A stretch of DNA of 64,000 nucleotides from Candidatus Gastranaerophilales bacterium (GTDB taxonomy: Bacteria; Cyanobacteriota; Vampirovibrionia; Gastranaerophilales; Gastranaerophilaceae), in the NCBI GenBank assembly GCA_017475485.1, contig JAFVFO010000052.1, positions 6,437 to 70,436 on the forward strand, written 5' to 3'. The notes beneath the pieces are model-generated. The model had not been told where the DNA came from, ran no database searches, and saw only the letters and a program-made list of their open reading frames with translations. Below are positions 37,906 through 46,860 of the stretch, in pieces. The translations under genes and the position numbers were made by a program. Each line of letters begins with the position of its first letter. Position 1 is the first letter of the stretch.

Positions 37906-38929
37906 AAAATTAATGAAACAATGCCTTAAATTGGCAAAAAAATCAAAGGGTTTAAACTTGCCTAATCCTTATGTCGGGGCAATTATTTATGATGAGGAGA
38001 ATAAAAAAGTAATTTCAAGCGGATATCATCAAAAATATGGTGAAAACCATGCGGAAAGAAATGCCATTTTAAATTCAAAAAAAGATGTTGAAGGAAAAAC
38101 ATTAATTGTTAATTTAGAACCCTGCTCTCATTTTGGAAAAACACCGCCCTGCGCTGATTTAATTATTAAATCAAAAATCAAAAGAGTAGTTATTGCCATG
38201 AAAGATGTTAATCCCATAGTTCAAAATAAAGGTATAACAAAATTAAGACAAGCAGGAATTGAAGTAATAGAAGGTGTTTTAGAAAAAGAAGCTCTTGAAA
38301 TTAATAAAATTTTTATTAAAAATCAAACAAAATTAAAACCATATATAATGACAAAAATTGCCTCTAGTCTTGATTTTAAAATTGCATTAGAAAAAAATAA
38401 ACCCACTGTTATAACTAACGAAAAATCGCGCTATTGCGTTCAGAAGTTAAGATGTGAATATCAAGCCATAATGACAGGTTCGGGAACGGTTTTAGCTGAT
38501 AATCCAAGGTTGAATGTACGCTTAAAAAATAAAAAGTCACCTGTTAGAATAATTTTTGACCCGAATAACAAATTAAACTTTGATTACAATGTTTTTAAAA
38601 ATGATAACACAAGAATTATTTTGATTAATAATTCAAATGTTATTGTGCCTTCTTATGTTGAAAAAATGCCGTTTTTTGATTTTGATAGTTTATTTAAAGA
38701 ATTATATAAAAAAGGTATTTATTCAATCATGGTTGAAGCGGGACAAGGTTTAAATACCGCATTATTTAAAAATAATGAAATAGATGAAATTAATTATTTT
38801 ATTGCACCTAAAATATTTAATAAGGGTATAGATTTTTTGAGTGATATTGGTGAAATTAATTTCAAAGATGTTAAAATAAAAAGCATTGATGATGATATTT
38901 TATTCAATGCTAAAATTACAAAGGAGTAA
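37892..38929 (+). CDS. ribD: Bifunctional riboflavin biosynthesis deaminase/reductase RibD
   Basis: The CMP/dCMP deaminase zinc motifs are HAERNA and PCSHFGKTPPC. A C-terminal RibD_C reductase domain follows. Confidence 0.9.
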   Translation: MKLYEKLMKQCLKLAKKSKGLNLPNPYVGAIIYDEENKKVISSGYHQKYGENHAERNAILNSKKDVEGKTLIVNLEPCSHFGKTPPCADLIIKSKIKRVVIAMKDVNPIVQNKGITKLRQAGIEVIEGVLEKEALEINKIFIKNQTKLKPYIMTKIASSLDFKIALEKNKPTVITNEKSRYCVQKLRCEYQAIMTGSGTVLADNPRLNVRLKNKKSPVRIIFDPNNKLNFDYNVFKNDNTRIILINNSNVIVPSYVEKMPFFDFDSLFKELYKKGIYSIMVEAGQGLNTALFKNNEIDEINYFIAPKIFNKGIDFLSDIGEINFKDVKIKSIDDDILFNAKITKE

Positions 38930-38932
38930 ATT

Positions 38933-39364
38933 ATGAAAATTTTAGTAATAAACGGGCCGAATTTGAATATGCTTGGTACAAGAGAGCCTGAAATATACGG
39001 TAAAACAACACTTGATGAAATAAATAATCAATTGGTTGAATATTCTAAAACATTATCTTCCGATATTGAACTTGAATTTTTTCAATCAAATATAGAAGGT
39101 GAAATAGTTTCAAAAATCCAAACTGCAAACGCGCATGGGTTGATAATTAATCCTGCAGGTTATACCCATACCTCTGTAGCTATAGCTGACGCTATAAAAG
39201 CAGTTTTAATACCGGCTGTTGAGGTTCATTTATCTAATATACAGGCAAGAGAAGAATATAGGAAAATTTCATATATTTCATCATCTTGTATAGGCACCGT
39301 TGCAGGCTTTAAGGAAGATAGTTATAAAATGGCATTGTTGGGACTTTATAATAAATTAAAATGA
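38933..39364 (+). CDS. aroQ: Type II 3-dehydroquinate dehydratase
   Basis: Contains MKILVINGPNLNMLGTREPEIYG, NPAGYTHTSVA and EVHLSNI. Confidence 0.95.
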   Translation: MKILVINGPNLNMLGTREPEIYGKTTLDEINNQLVEYSKTLSSDIELEFFQSNIEGEIVSKIQTANAHGLIINPAGYTHTSVAIADAIKAVLIPAVEVHLSNIQAREEYRKISYISSSCIGTVAGFKEDSYKMALLGLYNKLK

Positions 39365-40230
39365 ATAAAGAATTTGAATTTTTAGAAATAATTAATAAGA
39401 TTATTCCGAATGAATTTTTGGGGAATGACTGTGCTTGTTTAAATGAATACAATTTGGCGATTTCACAAGATAGTCTTATTGAAGATGTGCATTTTAGTTT
39501 AAAATATATGACCCCTTATGAAATTGCCGTTAAATCCTTACTTGTGAATATTTCTGATATTTTAGCAAGCGGCGCTTGCGCAAAATATTTTTCAATAGCG
39601 CTAAGCGGGAATTTGAACAATTTTTTTATTGAAGAATTTTATAAAGGTTTAAATGATGTATCAAAGGAATATAATTTACAATTAATTGGCGGAGATTTAA
39701 CAAAATCAGATAAAATAATGGTTTCGATATGTGTTTTTGGGGATTATAAAAATCGAAAAATTTCTTCACGATATAATGCCAAAAATGGGTATGTATTAGC
39801 GGTTTATGGCGAATTTGGTTCAAGCGCGCAGGGGCTTTTTAACCTTCAAAATGAAATTGAAGATGATTATTTTATAAAAATTCATAAAAAACCAATTTTA
39901 TATCCTGAAATATCTTCTTTGATTGCTGAAATTTCTGAATTTCCCTACGCAATGATGGATTCATCCGATGGTTTATTCGACTGTTTATATCAAATATCTT
40001 TAAAAAGCAAAGTAAAAATTGAATTTGATTATTCTAAAATTCCTCATAAAACAACTAATAAGGATTTTGTTTTATATGGCGGAGAAGACTATTGCCTTGT
40101 TATGGCACTGGATGAGAGGGATTTTAAAAAAATTGAAGGATTAACTAAAATTGGTGAAGTAAAATCGGGTGAAGGTGTGTATATGAATGGTTTGCGCCTG
40201 GAATATAACGGTTTTAAACATTTTGATTAA
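39361..40230 (+). CDS. thiL: Thiamine-monophosphate kinase
   Basis: AIR-synthase-like fold markers are present (GNDCA..., LLVNISDILASGA, GGDLT, MMDSSDGL). ATGA overlap with aroQ. Confidence 0.8.
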   Translation: MNKEFEFLEIINKIIPNEFLGNDCACLNEYNLAISQDSLIEDVHFSLKYMTPYEIAVKSLLVNISDILASGACAKYFSIALSGNLNNFFIEEFYKGLNDVSKEYNLQLIGGDLTKSDKIMVSICVFGDYKNRKISSRYNAKNGYVLAVYGEFGSSAQGLFNLQNEIEDDYFIKIHKKPILYPEISSLIAEISEFPYAMMDSSDGLFDCLYQISLKSKVKIEFDYSKIPHKTTNKDFVLYGGEDYCLVMALDERDFKKIEGLTKIGEVKSGEGVYMNGLRLEYNGFKHFD

Positions 40231-40266
40231 GTTATAGTATTATATTGAATTTGTTACAATCCCGAC

Positions 40267-40293
40267 CTCTTCTAATGCCCTAATGCCCTTAAT
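40267..40293. repeat. Octamer repeat variant (CTAATGCC)x2, the reverse complement of GGCATTAG
   Basis: Reads ctcttCTAATGCCCTAATGCCcttaat. The reverse complement, ATTAAGGGCATTAGGGCATTAGAAGAG, ends in AAGAG like the arrays at 5802 and 14921. Confidence 0.7.
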
Positions 40294-40414
40294 ATTTAAC
40301 AAACCCAAAAAACATACTAAATAAAAAGACAATATTTACTAATCCACCAGTCTATTTAAAAACCCTCTAAAATATTTTAGATTATAAAAAGATAAAATAG
40401 CGAGGTCTTTTACT

Positions 40415-40717
40415 ATGCTTATAGATAAAATTCAAGATAAACAATATTTTTATACAGAATTTAAAAATGTTACAAAAGATTTATTGCCATGGCTTGAAAA
40501 TTTAGCATGGGAATGTCGTTGTAAAATTGAAAAAAAAGAGTGGAAAAGTAAGTATAATAACTATGTTATATATGATTACGAACCGTTTTGTTCTGACGGT
40601 TTTGAAATTAATATAACTTTATCAAGCAGAATGAGCGAATATCTTAATTTTGTAAGGTTTTTATATGAAAATAAGGTAAGAACTCTTATGTATTTAAAAA
40701 CCTGCTTATCCTTGTAG
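40415..40717 (+). CDS. Hypothetical 100-aa protein
   Basis: The ORF has SD-like agcgaggt upstream. It overlaps the radA 3' end by 12 nt in convergent orientation. No family recognised. Confidence 0.4.
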   Translation: MLIDKIQDKQYFYTEFKNVTKDLLPWLENLAWECRCKIEKKEWKSKYNNYVIYDYEPFCSDGFEINITLSSRMSEYLNFVRFLYENKVRTLMYLKTCLSL

Positions 40718-42100
40718 CGCACCTTTAATTGCTTGAGATACTTTTGAAACTTGTACAATTTCAAGATCTATATTTTTTATTTTTGAATTAATCTTTTCGC
40801 TTACTTGCGGAATAATTGCACGTTTGAAGCCTAATTTGTAGGCTTCAGACAATCTGCGTTCAATATTATCAACATATCTTACTTCACCTAAAAGCCCTAA
40901 TTCGCCTATTATAATAGTATCCTGTGTTATTGGGATATCGCGAACAGAGCTTATTATAGATAATGCTAAAGCTAAATCATAGCTTGGTTCAATTATATCA
41001 ATTCCGCCTACAACATTGACATAGACATCTTGTTTAGATAAATTCAGACCGATTTTCTTCTCTATAATTGCAATAACTTGTAATAATCTGTTATATTCCA
41101 GGCCTACTGCAACACGCCTTGGATTAGCATAATTAGTTGAACCGACAAGCGCTTGAATTTCATGAAGTAATATTCTGCTTCCTTCTAACGTTGCGACAAT
41201 AGCGCTTCCCGGGGCAGGTTCTTTAAAATCAAGAAACATTTGAGAAGGGGTGTTAATTTCAACAAGTCCTTCATCTTCCATTTTAAATACACCAACTTCA
41301 GATATTGTTCCGAAACGGTTTTTTATACATCTTAAAATTCTAAATTGCTTGTATTTATCTCCTTCAAAATTAATAACGCAATCAACCATGTGTTCTAAAA
41401 CCTTTGGGCCTGCAATATTTCCTTCTTTTGTAACATGGCCTATTATTACGGTTGTAATATTTCTTTGTTTTGCAATACGCATTAAAACATTTGTACACTC
41501 GCGAATTTGAGAAACGCTACCTGCGCCCGAAGCTATACTTGAACAAAAAACAGATTGAATACTATCTACAATTAAAAAATCAGGCTTAATTATATCAATT
41601 TGATTAATCACTTCATCTATGCAGGTTTGATTTGTTAAATATAGGCTATCAGGTTCTACTTCAAGTCTTTTTGCGCGCAATTTAACCTGATGAGGGCTTT
41701 CTTCTGCACAAATATAAAGTACTTTTAAGTTTTCGTTATTATATTCAATTTCGCAGATATTTTTTGTTGTTTGTAATACTAATGTAGATTTACCAATACC
41801 GGGGTCGCCTGCAAGCAAAGACAGCGAACCCTGCACAAAACCTCCGCCCAGAACTCTGTCTAATTCTTCAATATTTGTTTTAAATCTGATTTTTTCATCA
41901 AGTTCTATGTCTTTAATTTTAGATATTTTTGTTTCGCCTGATAATAAATTGGAAGGTTTTGAATTTTCCGATATTTTAACATTTGTTGTTATTTCTTCTA
42001 TAAACGTGCCAAATTGTGCGCATTCAGGACATCTTCCAAGATATGAAGCTGTTTCGTATCCGCAATTTTGACAAACCCATTTTGATTTTACTTTAGCCAT
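40706..42100 (-). CDS. radA: DNA repair protein RadA/Sms
   Basis: The N-terminal zinc ribbon is CQNCGYETASYLGRCPEC. Walker A is GDPGIGKST, the KNRFG motif is present, and a Lon-like C-domain follows. Confidence 0.95.
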   Translation of the reverse strand: MAKVKSKWVCQNCGYETASYLGRCPECAQFGTFIEEITTNVKISENSKPSNLLSGETKISKIKDIELDEKIRFKTNIEELDRVLGGGFVQGSLSLLAGDPGIGKSTLVLQTTKNICEIEYNNENLKVLYICAEESPHQVKLRAKRLEVEPDSLYLTNQTCIDEVINQIDIIKPDFLIVDSIQSVFCSSIASGAGSVSQIRECTNVLMRIAKQRNITTVIIGHVTKEGNIAGPKVLEHMVDCVINFEGDKYKQFRILRCIKNRFGTISEVGVFKMEDEGLVEINTPSQMFLDFKEPAPGSAIVATLEGSRILLHEIQALVGSTNYANPRRVAVGLEYNRLLQVIAIIEKKIGLNLSKQDVYVNVVGGIDIIEPSYDLALALSIISSVRDIPITQDTIIIGELGLLGEVRYVDNIERRLSEAYKLGFKRAIIPQVSEKINSKIKNIDLEIVQVSKVSQAIKGALQG

Positions 42101-42166
42101 AAAATAATTGTAGAATATTTTTTTAAATTAATTTGTAAATTTTTGTTAATACTTTTTCGATTTTTC

Positions 42167-42194
42167 TAAATTTTTCTAAAGCATTTGCCGATTA
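42167..42194 (+). promoter_or_regulatory. Sigma28-like promoter TAAA-N16-GCCGATTA
   Basis: Reads tcTAAAtttttctaaagcatttGCCGATTAcgc, 35 nt upstream of ATG 42229. It has one mismatch in the -10 element and a spacer one nt longer than consensus. Confidence 0.5.
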
Positions 42195-42228
42195 CGCTAC
42201 TATCTACATATAAAGAAAAGGGTGTGTT

Positions 42229-45200
42229 ATGGGACAAGAAAATGTTGGGAAATTTAAGCCTATTGAACTTATTATGAAGGGGTTGCAGGGTTCAACCGAT
42301 TTCAATATGCGCGCACAAAGTGACGAATCCACAATTAATATCTTTAGCGGAATTAAAGATATTATGGAGCAAAACGACAGTGTCATAGGTACGGAAGATT
42401 TATACACCCTGATTGATAATAAATTTGACTTAAATGATAACAACGACTTGATAAATTCTTTGTATGCAGTTGCCAAAATGGACGGTAATAAAGACGCTAT
42501 TTCGCTTGCTGACTTTGGTATGTATGAAGCAAGCTATGAAATTTTGGCGTCTATTAACGGTGAAAATTCAGATAATATAACAACAGATAATATTGTAAAA
42601 GTTGCAAATGTGTTAAATGCAACAGACCAAGAAGGTAAAACACAGGAAGAATTGTATAAAGCAATTATAGAAGCATTAGAACTCGGTGAAGATTATAATT
42701 CCGAAGATTTAAAAGCCGTAATCGAGGCTATAGCTAAAAAAGTATCAGATTCTAATAATTCATTCGGTAATGTAATCCGCAAAGATGATTTTACAAAAAT
42801 GGGCAGTGAAGTTATTGAGGCCTATTCAAATTCTGAAAATGACAGAGATGCCGTAAAATCAGAACTTAAACCCATTAAAGAAGATGAATTACCTGATTGT
42901 TTCAAAGGCAAAAGAAATGATGAAGTAATGCATGACGCCAATAACGAAGGCTTCTGGGTCGTAACGGAACAGTGGAGCGGTAACGAAAATAACGATAATG
43001 CCATGAATTCTTTAAGCAGGGTTATAGATAACGTCTATGGTGAATTAGACCCCGCACTTAAAGCTGCATTAAGCCAAGAAATTCAAGATTTGGAAGATAA
43101 TGAAGGTTTCTTTAATAACTCTGAAAGGACTTCATTGCTTCATAATGACGCATTAAAATTAGTGGAATTAAATTCGGATTTCTACAGAAGACATCCTGAA
43201 CTATCTCCTGCTTCCGCTTATTTAGCGGAAGGTGAAATTCCTGATTATGAAGGTGCTGCGTCAGGCTCAGGTGCTGCGTCAGGCTCAGGTGCTGTGTCAG
43301 GTTCGGGCGGTGCGTCAGGAACAGGCAGAACATCAGGCTCGGGTAGAACATCAGGCTCGGGCAGAACATCAGGCTCGGGCGGTGCGTCAGGAACAGGCGG
43401 CGCTACACCTTCCGGCGGAGCTGATGATGAACCCATAAGCCCTGAATTAACGGTTGGTAATTATGAAGGCAGTTCGCCAAGCGAATGGACAATAAATGAA
43501 GATACAGGAGTAATTACAAACGGCTATGGTGAAACCATGAAAGAAGTAACCATAGAAGATGATTCCTTAATTCTTCTTATAGATAGCAATTTAGATTTCC
43601 AAGGCGGAACTTACGGTATATATTATGAAAAAACCGAAGTATCCGAAGGAAAATTTGAACAAGGGAAACCTCTTGGCTACTTTATAAAAGCGCAAGACGG
43701 TACAATGAATTATTATGAATTTGAAGAAGATTCCAAAAAAAGAATACCGGGTAATGTCGTAAATTCTGAAGGAACTCTTGCAACACAAGACGGTACGGTT
43801 TTAAAAGAAACAGATTTAGCGACATTGAAACTTCAAGGATATAAAATTGAAGATATCGAAGGAAATGAAAATGAAAAACGAATTATAGATATAAGAACAG
43901 GCGAAGTTGCGGGTATAGCTCAATCTTATAAAGACGGCTATAACTCTTATTATCTGTATGATAATTCTGTTCCTAAATTAGATTTTGCACCGGCACAAGA
44001 GCCTGAAACAGAACCAAGTGAAGGTGATGATAAGGGTGATGAAGGTGCTGTGCCTTCCGTTGATAAATTCACGGTAGATAGCGAAACAGGAAAAGCTACA
44101 ACTAAATATGGCGAAAAATTATCTCCCGTAGAAGTTGATGAATCAAAAATAAATATGACTTCAATAGGTGATGAATCTTACGGCGTATATTATGAAAAAA
44201 TGCCCGGAAGCCTTAATAATGGTAAAGTTTTAGGCTATTATACAAAAGATGAAACAGGCAAGAAAATCTTCTATGCTTTTGACGAAGACAGCCCCAGAAG
44301 ACTTCCTTCGGGATTTAGTGAAAATAACGGCGTTATTGCTGATTCCAACGGAAATAAAGCTACGGAATCAAGTTGTTATGATGTTTCAAAACTTGTTACC
44401 GAACAAGGTTACAAACTGGAACAAGGTGCAAATCCTACAAACAGAAAAATTTATGACGCGCAAGGAAACATTGCAGGCTTCATCAACTATAGTGATGACG
44501 GGTATAATTCATACTATTTATATGAAACTCCCGTTAAAGAAGCTGATGTTCCCGCAGAAGTATTATCTCCCGGAAGCGTTGCACCGACAGAACCCCAAGA
44601 AGGCGGCAGCGAAGGTGATGAAGGTGATGATAAAGATGAAACTCTGCCTTCAAACTTTGGCTCGGGATTGCCTGCAGGCTGGACTGTTGATAAAGAAAAC
44701 GGCACGGTTACAACAGATTACGGCGAAACAATAAAATTAACAACCATAGAAAATGACAGAAGCATTATCAGAACGCAAAGCTCTGCAAATGCTAATTTTG
44801 GTACATATTATGCAAATGAAGGTGATATTTTTGGCGGCAAACCGCTTGGTTTCTATGTAAAAGACGCGCAAGGAAAATATACATATTACGCATTTACACA
44901 AGAATCTTCTTCGAGAATTCCGCAAGGAGCGGCAGAAAATGCGCAAGACGGCACATTGTTTGTTATAGAAAATAACAGAACTATTCAGGAAAGCAGTTGC
45001 CATGAAGTAAATGAAAAAGGTTATCATTTGGAATCAGGCGATAAAAATCCTAAAAATATTCTTGATAAAGACGGAAATATTATGGGTATTTATCAAAAAT
45101 ATGATGACGGATATTTGTCATATTATTTATACGATAAGGCAATTTCCGCTACAACCCAGTTTGGAATAGGCCTGCCTGATTATTGGACAAGCGATAAAGA

Positions 45201-46740
45201 ATCTAATACCGTAAAAACAAATTACAATGAATTCTTAGAAATGCTTGATGAAGATCCGACCGTTACATTAATGTATCATAATCAGGACAATCCGAATTTC
45301 GGCGTATATTATACAGATAACCCAAGAACTATTCCTGCAGGTTTCTATGTAAAAGACGTACAAGACGGTATTGAAACTACTACATACTACGCATATAAAC
45401 AATATAGCCCGAGAAGAACCCCCACTTCTCAAGGCTATATAAAAGGTGAAGACGGTACTTTAACTGCACCAAACGGCAGATATGTAAATGAACTTGGGGT
45501 TGATGAACTCCAAGAAAAAGGCCTTATTCCAAGGGGCGGTAAATTATACGACAGCGCAAACAATGAAGTAGGTGCTTATGTTGAATATCCTGACGGATAC
45601 CGTCAATATTACCAATATGATAAATATAATGAAAATGTTGAAACACAAGGAATTTCAGCGGCATATAAATCCGCATTAAATACATTTGAAAGTACATATT
45701 TTAATGCTGACGGTACTTTAAATGCAAATGCAACCCCTGAAGCACTTGCAAGCCAATTAAATTCCATAATGAATAATACGGAATTAACCGCAAAAGAAAA
45801 AGCTCAATTTATAACCGATTTAAATTCCAAATACGGCACACAATTATCGGGTAAGGTAAATTATTCCGCTCAAAACTTTGAAAGCATGATTGCACAATTA
45901 TCGCCCGCTATTGTAACTAATCAAAACGGTATGAATACTGATGATTTGATTTCTGTAATCGAAGCATATAAATTATTTACCGGAAATGATTTATCAAATA
46001 TCGGAAAAGATTTAAAAAATCTTAAAACAGCTAACGGAACAAGGCTCGATAGCTTCCTGAACAATATGACTTCCGTTTTGAACGCAGCTTCTTCAAGTCA
46101 GATAAAACAATTAAACGATATCTTTAATTTTGTAGAAACCATTCAACAAAATTATTCAAATTCGGAAGAAACAACAAAACTGCAGGCTTTGTTCTCTGCT
46201 GTTTATAAAACATCTCAGCAAGATCAAGCCTATATTCAACAAAATAATATTTCTTATAAAAAATCCCCATTCTTTAAATCTTGGAACAGCATAAAAGATA
46301 TTGCAAGAAACGGCTATTCAAATACCCAAGAAGCAAGAGCATATATTATTTCAACTTGCGGCGGTGATATTAATAAATTAATAAGCGATTATAGAACAGG
46401 CGCTTGGGGCGATAATTCGAGCCAAGAAAAAGAATTGCCAATGCTATTCTTATTATTCTTAGGTGAAGACCTTGATGTAATAACAGGTAAAGCCCCTGCG
46501 GCAACCGCTACAACTGCGGCAGCTGCAACAACCACAACAACCACAACAACAGCGGCTGCAGCCGGAAACAATGGCTCGGGAGCAATTGCAGACGGAGTTT
46601 ATACGGTTAACGGTAAAACATATTACGCAAGAGGCGGTAAAGTTTATTATGCCACAACAAACGGATATGGTGCACCGACAGAAAACCCCGCAAGCCAAGA
46701 TATTTATGACGCTATAATTGCCCAACAATCAAATTCTTAA
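42229..46740 (+). CDS. Giant (1503 aa) modular repeat protein, unknown function, no signal peptide
   Basis: A single long ORF with SD AAAGGGTGTG. Its parts are an N-terminal module shared with the next gene, a (GAASGS/GRTSGS) linker, four repeats of ~160-185 aa, a helical C-terminal region, and an Ala/Thr linker with a short YY-rich tail. Confidence 0.85.
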   Translation: MGQENVGKFKPIELIMKGLQGSTDFNMRAQSDESTINIFSGIKDIMEQNDSVIGTEDLYTLIDNKFDLNDNNDLINSLYAVAKMDGNKDAISLADFGMYEASYEILASINGENSDNITTDNIVKVANVLNATDQEGKTQEELYKAIIEALELGEDYNSEDLKAVIEAIAKKVSDSNNSFGNVIRKDDFTKMGSEVIEAYSNSENDRDAVKSELKPIKEDELPDCFKGKRNDEVMHDANNEGFWVVTEQWSGNENNDNAMNSLSRVIDNVYGELDPALKAALSQEIQDLEDNEGFFNNSERTSLLHNDALKLVELNSDFYRRHPELSPASAYLAEGEIPDYEGAASGSGAASGSGAVSGSGGASGTGRTSGSGRTSGSGRTSGSGGASGTGGATPSGGADDEPISPELTVGNYEGSSPSEWTINEDTGVITNGYGETMKEVTIEDDSLILLIDSNLDFQGGTYGIYYEKTEVSEGKFEQGKPLGYFIKAQDGTMNYYEFEEDSKKRIPGNVVNSEGTLATQDGTVLKETDLATLKLQGYKIEDIEGNENEKRIIDIRTGEVAGIAQSYKDGYNSYYLYDNSVPKLDFAPAQEPETEPSEGDDKGDEGAVPSVDKFTVDSETGKATTKYGEKLSPVEVDESKINMTSIGDESYGVYYEKMPGSLNNGKVLGYYTKDETGKKIFYAFDEDSPRRLPSGFSENNGVIADSNGNKATESSCYDVSKLVTEQGYKLEQGANPTNRKIYDAQGNIAGFINYSDDGYNSYYLYETPVKEADVPAEVLSPGSVAPTEPQEGGSEGDEGDDKDETLPSNFGSGLPAGWTVDKENGTVTTDYGETIKLTTIENDRSIIRTQSSANANFGTYYANEGDIFGGKPLGFYVKDAQGKYTYYAFTQESSSRIPQGAAENAQDGTLFVIENNRTIQESSCHEVNEKGYHLESGDKNPKNILDKDGNIMGIYQKYDDGYLSYYLYDKAISATTQFGIGLPDYWTSDKESNTVKTNYNEFLEMLDEDPTVTLMYHNQDNPNFGVYYTDNPRTIPAGFYVKDVQDGIETTTYYAYKQYSPRRTPTSQGYIKGEDGTLTAPNGRYVNELGVDELQEKGLIPRGGKLYDSANNEVGAYVEYPDGYRQYYQYDKYNENVETQGISAAYKSALNTFESTYFNADGTLNANATPEALASQLNSIMNNTELTAKEKAQFITDLNSKYGTQLSGKVNYSAQNFESMIAQLSPAIVTNQNGMNTDDLISVIEAYKLFTGNDLSNIGKDLKNLKTANGTRLDSFLNNMTSVLNAASSSQIKQLNDIFNFVETIQQNYSNSEETTKLQALFSAVYKTSQQDQAYIQQNNISYKKSPFFKSWNSIKDIARNGYSNTQEARAYIISTCGGDINKLISDYRTGAWGDNSSQEKELPMLFLLFLGEDLDVITGKAPAATATTAAAATTTTTTTTAAAAGNNGSGAIADGVYTVNGKTYYARGGKVYYATTNGYGAPTENPASQDIYDAIIAQQSNS
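43252..43395 (+). repeat. In-frame 18-nt tandem repeat x8 (GAASGS/GRTSGS linker)
   Basis: Reads ggtgctgcgtcaggctca x2, then the variants ggtgctgtgtcaggttcg and ggcggtgcgtcaggaaca. These are followed by ggcagaacatcaggctcg, ggtagaacatcaggctcg and ggcagaacatcaggctcg, then ggcggtgcgtcaggaaca again. Confidence 0.9.
43441..45625 (+). repeat. Four divergent protein-level repeats (~160-185 aa each) inside the 1503-aa protein
   Basis: Each unit has the same pattern: W-T-x-[DN]-x-[ED]-x-G-x-[VI]-T-[TN]-x-YGE, then FG[VT]YY, G[KA]xLG[YF]Y[TV]K[DA], xYYAFxxxSxxR[IL]P, GY[KH]LE, D-x-x-GN[IE]-[AM]G and DGY[NLR]SYY[LQ]YD. Approximate unit bounds are 43441-43965, 44062-44530, 44640-45135 and 45150-45625. 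Confidence 0.8.
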
Positions 46741-46797
46741 ATGGTATAAATGTTAATTAATTTCTGTAAAGTTTTGTTAAAATATTACCAAAAATAT

Positions 46798-46824
46798 TAA
46801 ATATTATAGTAAATATGCCGATAA
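46798..46824 (+). promoter_or_regulatory. Sigma28 (FliA)-type promoter TAAA-N15-GCCGATAA
   Basis: Reads atatTAAAtattatagtaaatatGCCGATAAacat. Both elements and the spacing match the consensus exactly. It lies 36 nt upstream of ATG 46861. Confidence 0.7.
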
Positions 46825-46860
46825 ACATAGTAACCAATAAAGAAGAAAAAGGGGTGTATA

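Noticed and set aside
43112-43436. Track ORFs antisense to or out of frame with the giant gene (43112..43369, 43232..43438, 43245..43436; likewise 46389..46571, 46459..46728, 49306..49599, 49328..49519, 49395..49631)
   Set aside because: They are low-complexity mirror-frame products of the in-frame tandem repeats (Pro/Glu/Asp, Cys/Arg or Ala/Val runs), lie wholly inside much longer coherent ORFs, and have no start context.
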